Shown here: positions 10,788 through 18,880 of the stretch, one piece after another
How the letters are laid out: each line of letters starts with the position of its first letter
Position numbering within the stretch: the stretch's first letter is position 1
NCBI GenBank assembly: GCA_045586065.1
Contig: JAZMZR010000019.1
Coordinates: forward strand, 26,337 to 90,336
Origin: Candidatus Limivicinus sp.
GTDB taxonomy: Bacteria > Bacillota > Clostridia > Oscillospirales > Oscillospiraceae
DNA length: 64,000 nt
Direction of reading: 5' to 3'
Made by a program: the position numbers and the translations under genes
Notes under the pieces: model-generated
The model's database searches: none
What the model saw: the letters and a program-made list of their open reading frames with translations, nothing else
Told to the model about the DNA's origin: nothing

Positions 10788-11564
10788 TTACTCGGCTTCT
10801 TTTGCTTCGGCCGGCTCCGCAGCTGCCTCGACTGCTTCAGCAGCCTCTGCAGTCGCTTCTGCGGGGACCTCGACATCCTCGCCCTGACGGCCTTCCTGAA
10901 CGGCGTTGGCCATGCAGCCGGCGATGAGGCGGATGGCGCGGATAGCGTCATCGTTTGCGGGGATCACGTAGTCGACCTCGTCGGGATCGCAGTTGGTATC
11001 TACGATGGCGACAATGGGGATGTGGAGCTTGCGGGCCTCAGCGATCGCGTTGTGCTCCTTGCGGGGATCAACGACAAACAGGGCGCCGGGAAGCTTCTTC
11101 ATATCCTTGACGCCGCCGAGATACTTCTCGAGCTTTTCCATCTCGCCCAGGTGCTTCATGACTTCCTTCTTGGGAAGCATGTCGAAGGTGCCGTCTTCCT
11201 GCATCTTCTTGAGCTGTGCAAGTCTGTCCACGCGGGTGCGCATGGTCTTGAAGTTGGTGAGCATGCCGCCGAGCCAGCGGGCATTCACGTAAAACATACC
11301 GACACGGGAGGCTTCCTCCTTGACCGCGTCAGTGGCCTGCTTCTTCGTTCCGACGAAAAGGACGGATTCGCCGTTCTCGCTGAGCTGACGCACAAAGTCA
11401 TATGCCTCTTCCAGCTTCTTGACGGTCTTCTGCAGGTCGATGATGTAGATGCCGTTACGTTCGCAGTAGATGTACTCGGCCATCTTGGGGTTCCAGCGTC
11501 TGGTCTGGTGTCCGAAGTGGACGCCGGCTTCCAGCAGCTGTTTCATAGAAACTACTGATGCCAT
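10788..11564 (-). CDS. rpsB: 30S ribosomal protein S2
   Basis: 258 aa from ATG 11564, with GGAGGA 7 nt upstream. Contains [24 protein letters not shown]. The track's extension to 11711 has no SD and does not look protein-like. Confidence 0.97.
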   Translation of the reverse strand: MASVVSMKQLLEAGVHFGHQTRRWNPKMAEYIYCERNGIYIIDLQKTVKKLEEAYDFVRQLSENGESVLFVGTKKQATDAVKEEASRVGMFYVNARWLGGMLTNFKTMRTRVDRLAQLKKMQEDGTFDMLPKKEVMKHLGEMEKLEKYLGGVKDMKKLPGALFVVDPRKEHNAIAEARKLHIPIVAIVDTNCDPDEVDYVIPANDDAIRAIRLIAGCMANAVQEGRQGEDVEVPAEATAEAAEAVEAAAEPAEAKEAE

Positions 11565-11741
11565 TTGTTTTCCTCCATATTTTTTGTTTTTCCCTCCGAA
11601 AACATCATCCTCAACCCCAAATCCGCTGTTTCTGCCGCGGATCACATGGAGAAAAGTCCGTTTTCGTGCGAAATGCTTGAATATAATAACAGAAGGCCCT
11701 TTCATTTGCAAGAGTTTTTTGCATTTTCCGGCAGCAAATCG

Positions 11742-11780
11742 AAAAGAAAAAGCAGCGGGGCATTCCCGCTGCTTTTTTCA
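11742..11780. terminator. Intrinsic terminator after the 169-aa gene, upstream of rpsB
   Basis: The stem aagcagcggg / cccgctgctt has T-runs on both strands. Confidence 0.65.
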
Positions 11781-11821
11781 GCCCTGTCAGATGCCTGTCC
11801 GCGCTGCGGACAGAGCAGGTC

Positions 11822-12331
11822 TTACTCGGCGTAACTGCTGAACTGTCCGCTTATCATCTCTTCCAGCCGCGCAAGGTTGTTCTCGGAGAACCTGTTCCTG
11901 CTGATCAAGATGACGAGCTCGCCGTCATTGTCCTTGAGATACTCCGCGATGATGCCGCCCAGCTCGGTCAGTCCCTCTTCGTTGCTGTTCAGCTCGATGT
12001 TCTGATAATCCTCGTCGTTGCTGACCAGGATGATCTCGCCTTCGTTATAGCCGGTGCCGTAGTCCTTGTAAGTAAGGAACACGGTCTTTATCTCTCCGTT
12101 CAGGCTGCCGCTTTCTCCTGCCTTCTTCATGGCGCTGTCCGTCCAGAACTGGTCCAGGGGGGCGGAGGAACTCAGTTCTTCAAGTGCGGCCTCTATATCC
12201 GCCATTTTCTCTCTGGCCCTTTCCACCGACCAGAGGCAGGAGAAGCATGTGATAATGACTGCTATGGTGAGGACCGTCACGAGGATATTCATTACGGCCG
12301 TTGAATTCAGAAACTTTTCTTTATTTTCCAT
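11822..12331 (-). CDS. Hypothetical membrane-anchored protein (one N-terminal TM helix, acidic soluble domain)
   Basis: 169 aa. An AAGAAGGAAA SD lies directly after the stop of the upstream Phd-like gene. I recognise no family. Confidence 0.6.
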   Translation of the reverse strand: MENKEKFLNSTAVMNILVTVLTIAVIITCFSCLWSVERAREKMADIEAALEELSSSAPLDQFWTDSAMKKAGESGSLNGEIKTVFLTYKDYGTGYNEGEIILVSNDEDYQNIELNSNEEGLTELGGIIAEYLKDNDGELVILISRNRFSENNLARLEEMISGQFSSYAE

Positions 12332-12346
12332 TGTCTTTTCCTTCTT

Positions 12347-12583
12347 TCATTTATTCCCTGCAGCGGGTCTGCTGTCGTTCAGTATCCTCTCTGCGACAAA
12401 TCGCAGTTTCTCTTTTTCGTTCAGGCCGGATAACGGCGGTCCCTCAAGATCGATGAGCAGGTATTTCGGCCTGTTGTTCTTGAAGATCACGGCCTCTCCC
12501 TTCGCGTCCGCTATTCGGGTGACCCTTGAGAAATTCTGATTCGCCTCGGATACCGAAACGATGGTTTCGGTATCGATGTTCAT
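12347..12583 (-). CDS. Phd/YefM-family type II antitoxin
   Basis: 78 aa from ATG 12583 with a GAGGTG SD. SVSEANQNFSRV ... VIFKNNRPKYLLIDL matches the Phd/YefM N-terminal pattern. Confidence 0.8.
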   Translation of the reverse strand: MNIDTETIVSVSEANQNFSRVTRIADAKGEAVIFKNNRPKYLLIDLEGPPLSGLNEKEKLRFVAERILNDSRPAAGNK

Positions 12584-12602
12584 AGGCCCCACCTCAGCTT
12601 AC

Positions 12603-12646
12603 ATTATAAATGAGTATAGGTAATATACAAGCTAATATTTTACCTA
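12603..12646 (-). promoter_or_regulatory. Putative promoter with flanking inverted repeat (candidate antitoxin operator)
   Basis: Minus strand: TTGTAT, 16 nt, TATAAT. The 7-bp inverted repeat taggtaa (12617-12623) / ttaccta (12640-12646) brackets the -35. Confidence 0.4.
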
Positions 12647-12661
12647 ATTTTGGAAAATCCT

Positions 12662-12699
12662 ACAAAAATTGAAAGCGAAGGCCGGCGGCCTCCGCTTTC
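12662..12699 (-). terminator. Intrinsic terminator after the glycosylase gene
   Basis: The 13-bp stem gaaagcgaaggcc / ggcctccgctttc has one mismatch and is followed by a T-run on the minus strand. Confidence 0.6.
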
Positions 12700-12743
12700 A
12701 TTACAATTTGTTCTCAAAACTATTGTTTTTCTGTACGCATGGC

Positions 12744-13232
12744 TTATTCCAGAATGATCTCCCATGCAGCTGCCAGCCTGTCCATCGTCCATGCGGCGTT
12801 TGCCGGACTGGTCGACGGCAGCGCCTTCGCTTCGATCCCGAGTTCCTTCTCCTGAAAACGGTGATAGTATTTCCAGGAGGTCTGTCCGTTGCAGAAGACC
12901 CTTTCGATCTTCGATCCCCGCACGATCGGCTTCAGATCCGTAGGCACCACGTTTTTTATGCTGCTGTCCCCCGAGCCGATGATATCACAGCTGAAGATCG
13001 TATCCCAGAGCGCTATGTGATGCTTCAATACCAGCTGTTTCTTCTCCTCTGTGGAGTGCGGCTCCGGTTCCCCGAGCAGCCTTGCGAGCAGCGGCCAGAA
13101 GCGGTTCTGCGGATGTCCGTAGAAAAACATCTGCTCCCGCGACTTCACCGAAGGCAGACTGCCCAGGATAAGGATCCTGCTGTTTTCATCGAACAGCGGC
13201 GGGAACGGGTGCACGATGCGCTCATATTCCAT
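12744..13232 (-). CDS. DNA-deoxyinosine (hypoxanthine) glycosylase, UDG superfamily
   Basis: 162 aa. HPFPPLFDENSRILILGSLPSVKSREQMFFYGHPQNRFW matches the hypoxanthine-DNA glycosylase family pattern. Confidence 0.75.
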   Translation of the reverse strand: MEYERIVHPFPPLFDENSRILILGSLPSVKSREQMFFYGHPQNRFWPLLARLLGEPEPHSTEEKKQLVLKHHIALWDTIFSCDIIGSGDSSIKNVVPTDLKPIVRGSKIERVFCNGQTSWKYYHRFQEKELGIEAKALPSTSPANAAWTMDRLAAAWEIILE

Positions 13233-13248
13233 ATGCAGTCCCCCGCAT

Positions 13249-13902
13249 TTACAGGTCGATCTTTTCGAAGTTTTTCTCCGACCTCTTCATCGAAAGCACG
13301 GTGAGAAGGATAAACGCCGCCGCCCCTGCGAGAAAGAAGGCGAGCTGCAGACCGATATGGTCAAACCCGAAGGCGTTGACGGCCTCCAGCCCCGGAACGT
13401 GATGCAGCGCTTCCGCGATGAAAATGATGACGAACGCAGCGATTATGTGGGAAACAAAGGGTTTTCCGAAAGAATAGGCCGTCTTGTAGAAGCCTCCCAC
13501 AAACACGCTGTTGAAGCAGCCGAAGATCAGCAGGGCAAACCCGAGGAACACAAGATTCGCGTTCATCAGGGCGTTTGCCCTGTACACGGCCGATCCCGAC
13601 AGGACCGTCATGCGCAGGAGCGTCATGACCGCCATGATCGCAAAGCTGCACATCTCGATGAAGACCACAAAGGCGTATCTGCCGCGTACAACGTCCCTCT
13701 TCGGAACAGGCAGGAGTGCGGAATAGACCGTGTCGTTGTTCTCACGCATGCTCTGAAAGGTCTGGAACAGGCCCAACGTGGTGAAGAACGCGCCGCACAG
13801 GATCGGATACCCGGGGATCAGAGTCATAAACCCGAACGCGATAAACAGATAACTGAGGATCGAAGCGCTGAGCTTCATCTCTTTTTTCAGCATATTACCC
13901 AT
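13249..13902 (-). CDS. ABC-2 type transporter permease
   Basis: 217 aa from ATG 13902, about 6 TM helices. It overlaps the ATPase stop by 8 nt. The track's extension to 14163 runs inside the ATPase gene. Confidence 0.75.
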   Translation of the reverse strand: MGNMLKKEMKLSASILSYLFIAFGFMTLIPGYPILCGAFFTTLGLFQTFQSMRENNDTVYSALLPVPKRDVVRGRYAFVVFIEMCSFAIMAVMTLLRMTVLSGSAVYRANALMNANLVFLGFALLIFGCFNSVFVGGFYKTAYSFGKPFVSHIIAAFVIIFIAEALHHVPGLEAVNAFGFDHIGLQLAFFLAGAAAFILLTVLSMKRSEKNFEKIDL

Positions 13903-14617
13903 TGCGCGCCTCTCTTTCCGACCGGAGCATGATCTCCTCAAGCGTCTCGCCCGGCTGCCCCATCTTCTCGATAAACTTTTCCCTCGTCTCCGAAGCAATG
14001 ATCTTTCCGTTCCGGATGTACAGAATGTCATCCGCGCATTTTTCCAGATCTGAGGTGATATGCGTCGAATACAGGATCGCGACGCCGTGCTCCCGCAGCT
14101 GGAGGAATACATCCAGAAGCTCGTCTCTGGAGAAGGGATCCAGCCCGCTCGTAGGCTCATCAAGGATCAGGACCTCCGCCCTGTGAGACATGGCAAGGAG
14201 CAGGTTGCATTTCACCTTCATGCCCTCGGAAAGCTCCAGGGGTGTTTTATTCAGATCAAGCTTGAAAAGCTCCGCATATTCCCGCGCCGCCTCCTCATCC
14301 CAGTTGGGATAGAAAAGCTTCGTGACGGCAATCAGGTCTTTGAGCTTTTTCCGGGGGTAGTAATTCAGCGATTCCGTGGAGTAGCCGATGCGGGTCTTGA
14401 TCTCCGCTTCGTTCCCGAAAAGCGGCAGCCCGAAATAGACCACTTCTCCCGCATCCGGATGAACGAGGTTCAGCATGGATTTGATGGTGGTGGTCTTGCC
14501 GGCGCCGTTTCTGCCGATAAAGCCCGTGATCCGCCCCTTCTCCAGTGAAAAGCCCACGTTGTCCAGCGTGAACTCCGGATATTTCTTGCACAGTCCGCTT
14601 ACTTCAACAGCGCTCAT
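13895..14617 (-). CDS. ABC transporter ATP-binding protein
   Basis: 240 aa with Walker A GRNGAGKTT, signature LSEGMK and Walker B VLILDEP. Confidence 0.92.
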   Translation of the reverse strand: MSAVEVSGLCKKYPEFTLDNVGFSLEKGRITGFIGRNGAGKTTTIKSMLNLVHPDAGEVVYFGLPLFGNEAEIKTRIGYSTESLNYYPRKKLKDLIAVTKLFYPNWDEEAAREYAELFKLDLNKTPLELSEGMKVKCNLLLAMSHRAEVLILDEPTSGLDPFSRDELLDVFLQLREHGVAILYSTHITSDLEKCADDILYIRNGKIIASETREKFIEKMGQPGETLEEIMLRSEREARNG

Positions 14618-14844
14618 TCCGCTTCTTCTCCTTCATCCTCTGATCCGAATACCCTTTCGTGCATCTTCGTGAACTGATCCTTCGGCGGAATGGCGATGCC
14701 CCGCTTCTCATCGCCCAGCAGCAGAAGAGTATCTCCGGGTTCAATGCCGAAAAGCTCTCTCGCCTGCTTGGGGATGACGATCTGTCCTTTTTCACCGACT
14801 GTCGCGGTCCAGGCATATTTCCCTTTGGGTTTTGGCAGCTTCAT
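14614..14844 (-). CDS. AbrB/MazE/SpoVT-family DNA-binding protein
   Basis: 76 aa with the SpoVT-AbrB swapped-hairpin pattern GEKGQIVIPKQARELFGIEPGDTLLLL. A 4-nt ATGA overlap joins it to the ABC ATPase. Confidence 0.8.
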   Translation of the reverse strand: MKLPKPKGKYAWTATVGEKGQIVIPKQARELFGIEPGDTLLLLGDEKRGIAIPPKDQFTKMHERVFGSEDEGEEAE

Positions 14845-15088
14845 ACTGTGTACCTCTCTGTTATAAAAAGTATGATTTGTATAACTTAATATAACAAAGT
14901 ATACTTATCAGCATCTTGTTTGTCAAGAGGCTATGGCATGAAAACAGAAATGCGATCTCTACATAAAGCGAGACTGCGCCTTCTTCTGTCCGTTTTATTG
15001 GACAGTTCTCATGGTATTCTAAAAACATAAAAGAGATATCAATGGAAGAAATGAACAAGCCCTTAGAGGTGAGAAAAGGAGATCCGAT

Positions 15089-15895
15089 ATGAAAAGCATT
15101 CTCGGTTTCGGCACCGGAGAACAGCACGTCGCCCCGGAAATCGAACCGGTCCCGGCAGCCGCTCCGGATCCTGTCCGTTCTCTGGTTTCCGTCCGGTTCA
15201 TCGACGACGGCAGGGTCCTGACCTATTACAACGACCGCTTTGTCCTTGAGCCCGGCGACCGGGTCTTCGTCAGCGGCAAACTTGCCGGAAAGCTCGCTGT
15301 GGTCGAGAAGGTCGTCACAAAATTCAGGATCAATCTCGCGGATTACCAGCGGGTGATCGCCAAAGCCGGCGGCACCCTCCGCGGTACCTTTGAGTCCCTT
15401 CTGGACAAGATGGTGTGCTTCGACGGCGATGCCATGTCGCCTGACGAGTTCAGGGCATGGATCCTGCCCCCGAAGCAATGGGATGGTCAGGAGGACGGAT
15501 CCGAAGAGGAGATCGTTGTCGGCGATGGTTACGAGATCTCCCTTGCTGATATTGAAGGGAACGAGGATATCAGCCAAGGCGTTCCCGAGAGGGCCGTGGA
15601 TTACTGCCGCTCGGGCAAGGTCGCCTATGTCGGTGTGAAAGATGGCTTCGGCACCGCCTTCATCGAAGGTTCAACGTGGTACGAGGTAAACTTCCGGCTC
15701 GACGGAGACATGCTGTCGGAGATGTACTGCGAATGCCCCTATCCCGGCCTCTGCAAGCACCTCCTCGCCGTCGCGCTGACGATCCGCGCCCTCCGGGACA
15801 TCGGCGGCCTCGACACCTCCCGCGATTTTGCCGCCCTGGACAACGACCGTTTCTGGTCCATGGCCGCCTGCTCGGCCAGGCGCGTCACCCTGTAA
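15089..15895 (+). CDS. SWIM zinc-finger protein with PSP1-like N-terminal segment
   Basis: 268 aa with a strong SD. The C-terminal CECPYPGLCKH fits the CxCx(n)CxH SWIM signature. N-terminal VSVRFIDDGRVLTYYNDRFVLEPGDRVFV resembles the PSP1/YaaT pattern. Confidence 0.7.
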   Translation: MKSILGFGTGEQHVAPEIEPVPAAAPDPVRSLVSVRFIDDGRVLTYYNDRFVLEPGDRVFVSGKLAGKLAVVEKVVTKFRINLADYQRVIAKAGGTLRGTFESLLDKMVCFDGDAMSPDEFRAWILPPKQWDGQEDGSEEEIVVGDGYEISLADIEGNEDISQGVPERAVDYCRSGKVAYVGVKDGFGTAFIEGSTWYEVNFRLDGDMLSEMYCECPYPGLCKHLLAVALTIRALRDIGGLDTSRDFAALDNDRFWSMAACSARRVTL

Positions 15896-15896
15896 A

Positions 15897-15936
15897 AGAA
15901 AAGAGCACCCGTCCGCCCGGACAGGTGCTCTTTTCT
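15897..15936. terminator. Bidirectional terminator between convergent genes
   Basis: The 14-bp stem aagagcacccgtcc / ggacaggtgctctt has one mismatch, with A and T runs on either side. Confidence 0.75.
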
Positions 15937-15949
15937 AATATGATCCGGA

Positions 15950-17431
15950 TCAACCGGCTTTTTCCTGCAGCTTTTCCAGCACCCTCACCATGGCGAAGGT
16001 GTCCAGCCCGCAGTACTTCAGCAGATTTTCACGGCAGGCCGCAAGCTCCTCCGGCCCCATCTTCGCCATCGCCGCGAATGCCGCGGAGGCCTCGCCGCCG
16101 TTGTGCACGCCCTCAAGATTGTGGTAATCCAGTGCGGGATCGTCCGGGAAGAGAGCCGGAAGCACATATTTGATGGAGTAGGACCCCTGCATGGCTTTTG
16201 TATAGTAGTGTTTTTTCCGGAACGGTTCCATAAGGTCGATGATCCGGTCGTGGATGTCCATCAGATGCTCTTTGAGATCCGGATACAGGCCCGCCAGCTC
16301 CTTGATCCTGCCCCTTTCAAAGGCCATGTTGTAGGCGATCGTGCATACGTCCGCGGGGATATCCCTGCAAAGCTGCTCCGCCAGTTCTCTCCGCGGATCG
16401 CCTCCCGGCATTGCCAGGTATTCCTTATGCAGCAGCGGACCGCCTTCTTCCTCATAATAGTGGAGAGAATACTGAAACACGATCTGGTCGTACGGCCTTG
16501 CGTTCTCATAAAGGGGGACGGCCGGCTGGAACGACTCGAAGTCCAGGAAATAGAGCGGGTAGCTCAGTATATCGAGGAATTCCCTTATCCTGTCCGCTTC
16601 GATGTGATCCTCCCGGTCTTCGAGTTCAAACTCTATCTGCATCTTCTGCCCGGCGTTCAGCTTCGCGTCGCGCAGCAGATCCTCAAAACCTACGATCCCC
16701 TGATAGTAGTTTTTGAACATGGTCCGTTTCTGCATGCCGGACAGCTGGAACACATTCGGTTCCGGCAGATGCTCCGTGCAGTGCTTCCAGAAACCGCAGT
16801 CATAGGGATCAAAGCAGAACTGCCCCAGATCGGTTGCAGGCTCTTTGGGCTCCCGGATGCAGGATTTCAGCAGAGCAATTCTTTCCGCGACCCCCTGCTG
16901 CATCTGCCGGACCGTATCGGTCAGGTCTGCCACGGAAAACAGCTTGTCGATCTCAATCTCCTTCCCGCGGACATACTCCCGGTTTATATGCACGAGGCAG
17001 GCCCTGCTTACATGCAGACCGAGCTGTTCCAGAACGAACATCTGATAGGCGACGTCGTGGTAATAGATATCGTGTACGGAAGTCGAGCTTTTCACCTCAT
17101 AGAGCTCCACGTCCCCGCCGCCCTTGTTCTTCAGGATGTCCACGCTGCAGAACAGGCCGTCGCAGGAGAAGGAAGCCTCGGCTATGATCCGTTCCCCGGC
17201 GGCCAGCAGCCGCTCCGTCTCCCGGATCATCCCGGAAAGATCGCCGTAGGGGACCTCGGTATAGTCCCCGAACAGGCCCATCGCCAGATCGCCGACTTCA
17301 CTTCCCGTATCCAACACGGCCTGGTTCATCACAGATTCATCGAACAGTTCCGGTCGGTGCTTCTTCAGCCACAGCATTTTGGGGCACTGAACTCCGCTGC
17401 AGTACAGGGATTTTGATAAAGAATCCGTCAT
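15950..17431 (-). CDS. DUF2779 protein (Cas4/RecB-like nuclease N-terminus plus RNase-H-like C-terminal half)
   Basis: 493 aa from ATG 17431, with AGGAG 7 nt upstream. N-terminal LSKSLYCSGVQCPKMLWL is the DUF2779 hallmark. Confidence 0.8.
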   Translation of the reverse strand: MTDSLSKSLYCSGVQCPKMLWLKKHRPELFDESVMNQAVLDTGSEVGDLAMGLFGDYTEVPYGDLSGMIRETERLLAAGERIIAEASFSCDGLFCSVDILKNKGGGDVELYEVKSSTSVHDIYYHDVAYQMFVLEQLGLHVSRACLVHINREYVRGKEIEIDKLFSVADLTDTVRQMQQGVAERIALLKSCIREPKEPATDLGQFCFDPYDCGFWKHCTEHLPEPNVFQLSGMQKRTMFKNYYQGIVGFEDLLRDAKLNAGQKMQIEFELEDREDHIEADRIREFLDILSYPLYFLDFESFQPAVPLYENARPYDQIVFQYSLHYYEEEGGPLLHKEYLAMPGGDPRRELAEQLCRDIPADVCTIAYNMAFERGRIKELAGLYPDLKEHLMDIHDRIIDLMEPFRKKHYYTKAMQGSYSIKYVLPALFPDDPALDYHNLEGVHNGGEASAAFAAMAKMGPEELAACRENLLKYCGLDTFAMVRVLEKLQEKAG

Positions 17432-17577
17432 CGCCATGCTCCTTTAATCATTCTAATCAGATTATATCCGTTCAGGCCATCATTAGCAAGGAGGGGCAAA
17501 TCGTGTCCGATACGGTAAAAACGTTCTGTCTCTATCCTTGTGTTATTCCGGTCTCAAGCTATTCTTTTCCGGACATA

Positions 17578-17613
17578 AACAACGGCTCCGGCATTTCTGC
17601 CGAAGCCGTTGTT
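17578..17613. terminator. Intrinsic terminator after rubrerythrin
   Basis: The 16-bp stem aacaacggctccggca / tgccgaagccgttgtt has one mismatch and loop tttc. Confidence 0.7.
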
Positions 17614-17627
17614 GGTTTTAATGAGAA

Positions 17628-18164
17628 TCAGTAGTTCTCGCTGTTGATCTCAAAGTACGCCTGAGGATGTGCGCAGACCGGGCAGATCTCCGGGGCGGCG
17701 GTGCCGACCACGATGTGTCCGCAGTTGCGGCACTCCCATACCTTTACCTCGCTCTTTGCGAAGACCGCTGCGGTCTCCACGTTCTTCAGCAGAGCGCGGT
17801 AGCGCTCCTCATGGTGCTTTTCAATGGCCGCCACGCCGCGGAATTTCTCCGCCAGCTCGTGGAAACCTTCCTCGTCCGCCGTCTTTGCAAAGCCCTCGTA
17901 CATGTCGGTCCACTCGTAGTTCTCTCCGTCAGCCGCCGCTGCCAGATTGGCCGCCGTATCGCCGATGCCGTTGAGCTCCTTGAACCACATCTTTGCGTGT
18001 TCCTTCTCGTTGTCCGCGGTCTTCAGGAACAGGGCTGCGATCTGCTCAAAGCCATCCTTCTTCGCCTTGGATGCGAAATAGGTGTATTTGTTTCTCGCCT
18101 GGGATTCGCCGGCGAAAGCGGTCTCCAGGTTTTTCTCGGTCTGAGTTCCGGAATATTTGCTCAT
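17628..18164 (-). CDS. rbr: Rubrerythrin
   Basis: 178 aa with ferritin-like di-iron E..H motifs and a C-terminal rubredoxin-like CRNCG ... CPVC. Confidence 0.93.
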   Translation of the reverse strand: MSKYSGTQTEKNLETAFAGESQARNKYTYFASKAKKDGFEQIAALFLKTADNEKEHAKMWFKELNGIGDTAANLAAAADGENYEWTDMYEGFAKTADEEGFHELAEKFRGVAAIEKHHEERYRALLKNVETAAVFAKSEVKVWECRNCGHIVVGTAAPEICPVCAHPQAYFEINSENY

Positions 18165-18207
18165 GTTATTCTCCTTTTAAATAATGTTCAGTGGTTTTTC
18201 TCTTGGG

Positions 18208-18519
18208 TCAGATCCCAAGCGCCGAGAGAAGGCTCTCTTTTGGTTTGAATCCTATCGATGTGGCGGCAACCGCGCCGTCTTTTATCAGGACGACCGTCGG
18301 GATGCTGGATACCCGGAACGCGTTTGCCAGTTCCGGCTCATCATCGACGTTCACCTTGCCGACCTTCACCTTGCCGGCATACTCGGATGCGATATCCGCA
18401 ATAACCGGTGCGAGCATCTTGCAGGGGCCGCACCAGGACGCCCAGAAATCCACAAGCACGGGGATATCGGATTTCAGCGCCTCGGTCTCAAAGTTCTCTT
18501 TTGTCAGAACGATCTCCAT
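18208..18519 (-). CDS. trxA: Thioredoxin
   Basis: 103 aa with active site WCGPC. Confidence 0.93.
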   Translation of the reverse strand: MEIVLTKENFETEALKSDIPVLVDFWASWCGPCKMLAPVIADIASEYAGKVKVGKVNVDDEPELANAFRVSSIPTVVLIKDGAVAATSIGFKPKESLLSALGI

Positions 18520-18544
18520 AAGTCTTCCTCCTTTTCAATGATGA

Positions 18545-18742
18545 TTATTTCGTCTTATAGTACAGCATGCAATGGCAGAAGCCTTCAAACTCGGGATCCT
18601 TTATCTGGTCCCGGAATTCCTGGCACATGCATTTTGTCGCAGGGGTGCGTTCTCTTCTGCAGGGGCAGTATCCGCCTGTTTGCTCAAGGCCTTCCTTTAT
18701 GGTCTTTACGATCTCTTCATCCGGATTGAGCGTGATCTTCAT
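18545..18742 (-). CDS. Ferredoxin:thioredoxin reductase catalytic-subunit-like small protein
   Basis: 65 aa from ATG 18742 with a GGGAGGAGGG SD. The CPC ... CMC ... CHC cysteine triplet pattern resembles the FTR catalytic chain. Confidence 0.65.
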   Translation of the reverse strand: MKITLNPDEEIVKTIKEGLEQTGGYCPCRRERTPATKCMCQEFRDQIKDPEFEGFCHCMLYYKTK

Positions 18743-18831
18743 ATTGTCCCTCCTCCCTTTATCATACGTTTTTTGCTTCATGAACTGCATTATACTATAT
18801 AAAACTATCTTTTAACAGTGGCTTCTGCAAC

Positions 18832-18867
18832 AAAAAAGCGCCTTCCTGTTCCGGAAAGGCGCTTTTT
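18832..18867 (-). terminator. Intrinsic terminator after nifU
   Basis: The hairpin gcgccttcc / ggaaaggcgc has T-runs on both strands. Confidence 0.65.
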
Positions 18868-18880
18868 GAAACAGTATCCC

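Noticed and set aside
11565-11711. N-terminal extension of the rpsB ORF (similar extensions at 20912-21157, 27291-27482, 47051-47200, 49664-49771, 52641-52745 and 13903-14163)
   Set aside because: In each case an internal start with a good SD begins the conserved protein. The extension has no SD and reads like non-coding sequence or overlaps the upstream gene.
16103-17416. 437-aa plus-strand ORF
   Set aside because: It is antisense to the DUF2779 gene and has no recognisable motifs. Its frame stays open only because of GC-rich codon bias on the opposite strand.
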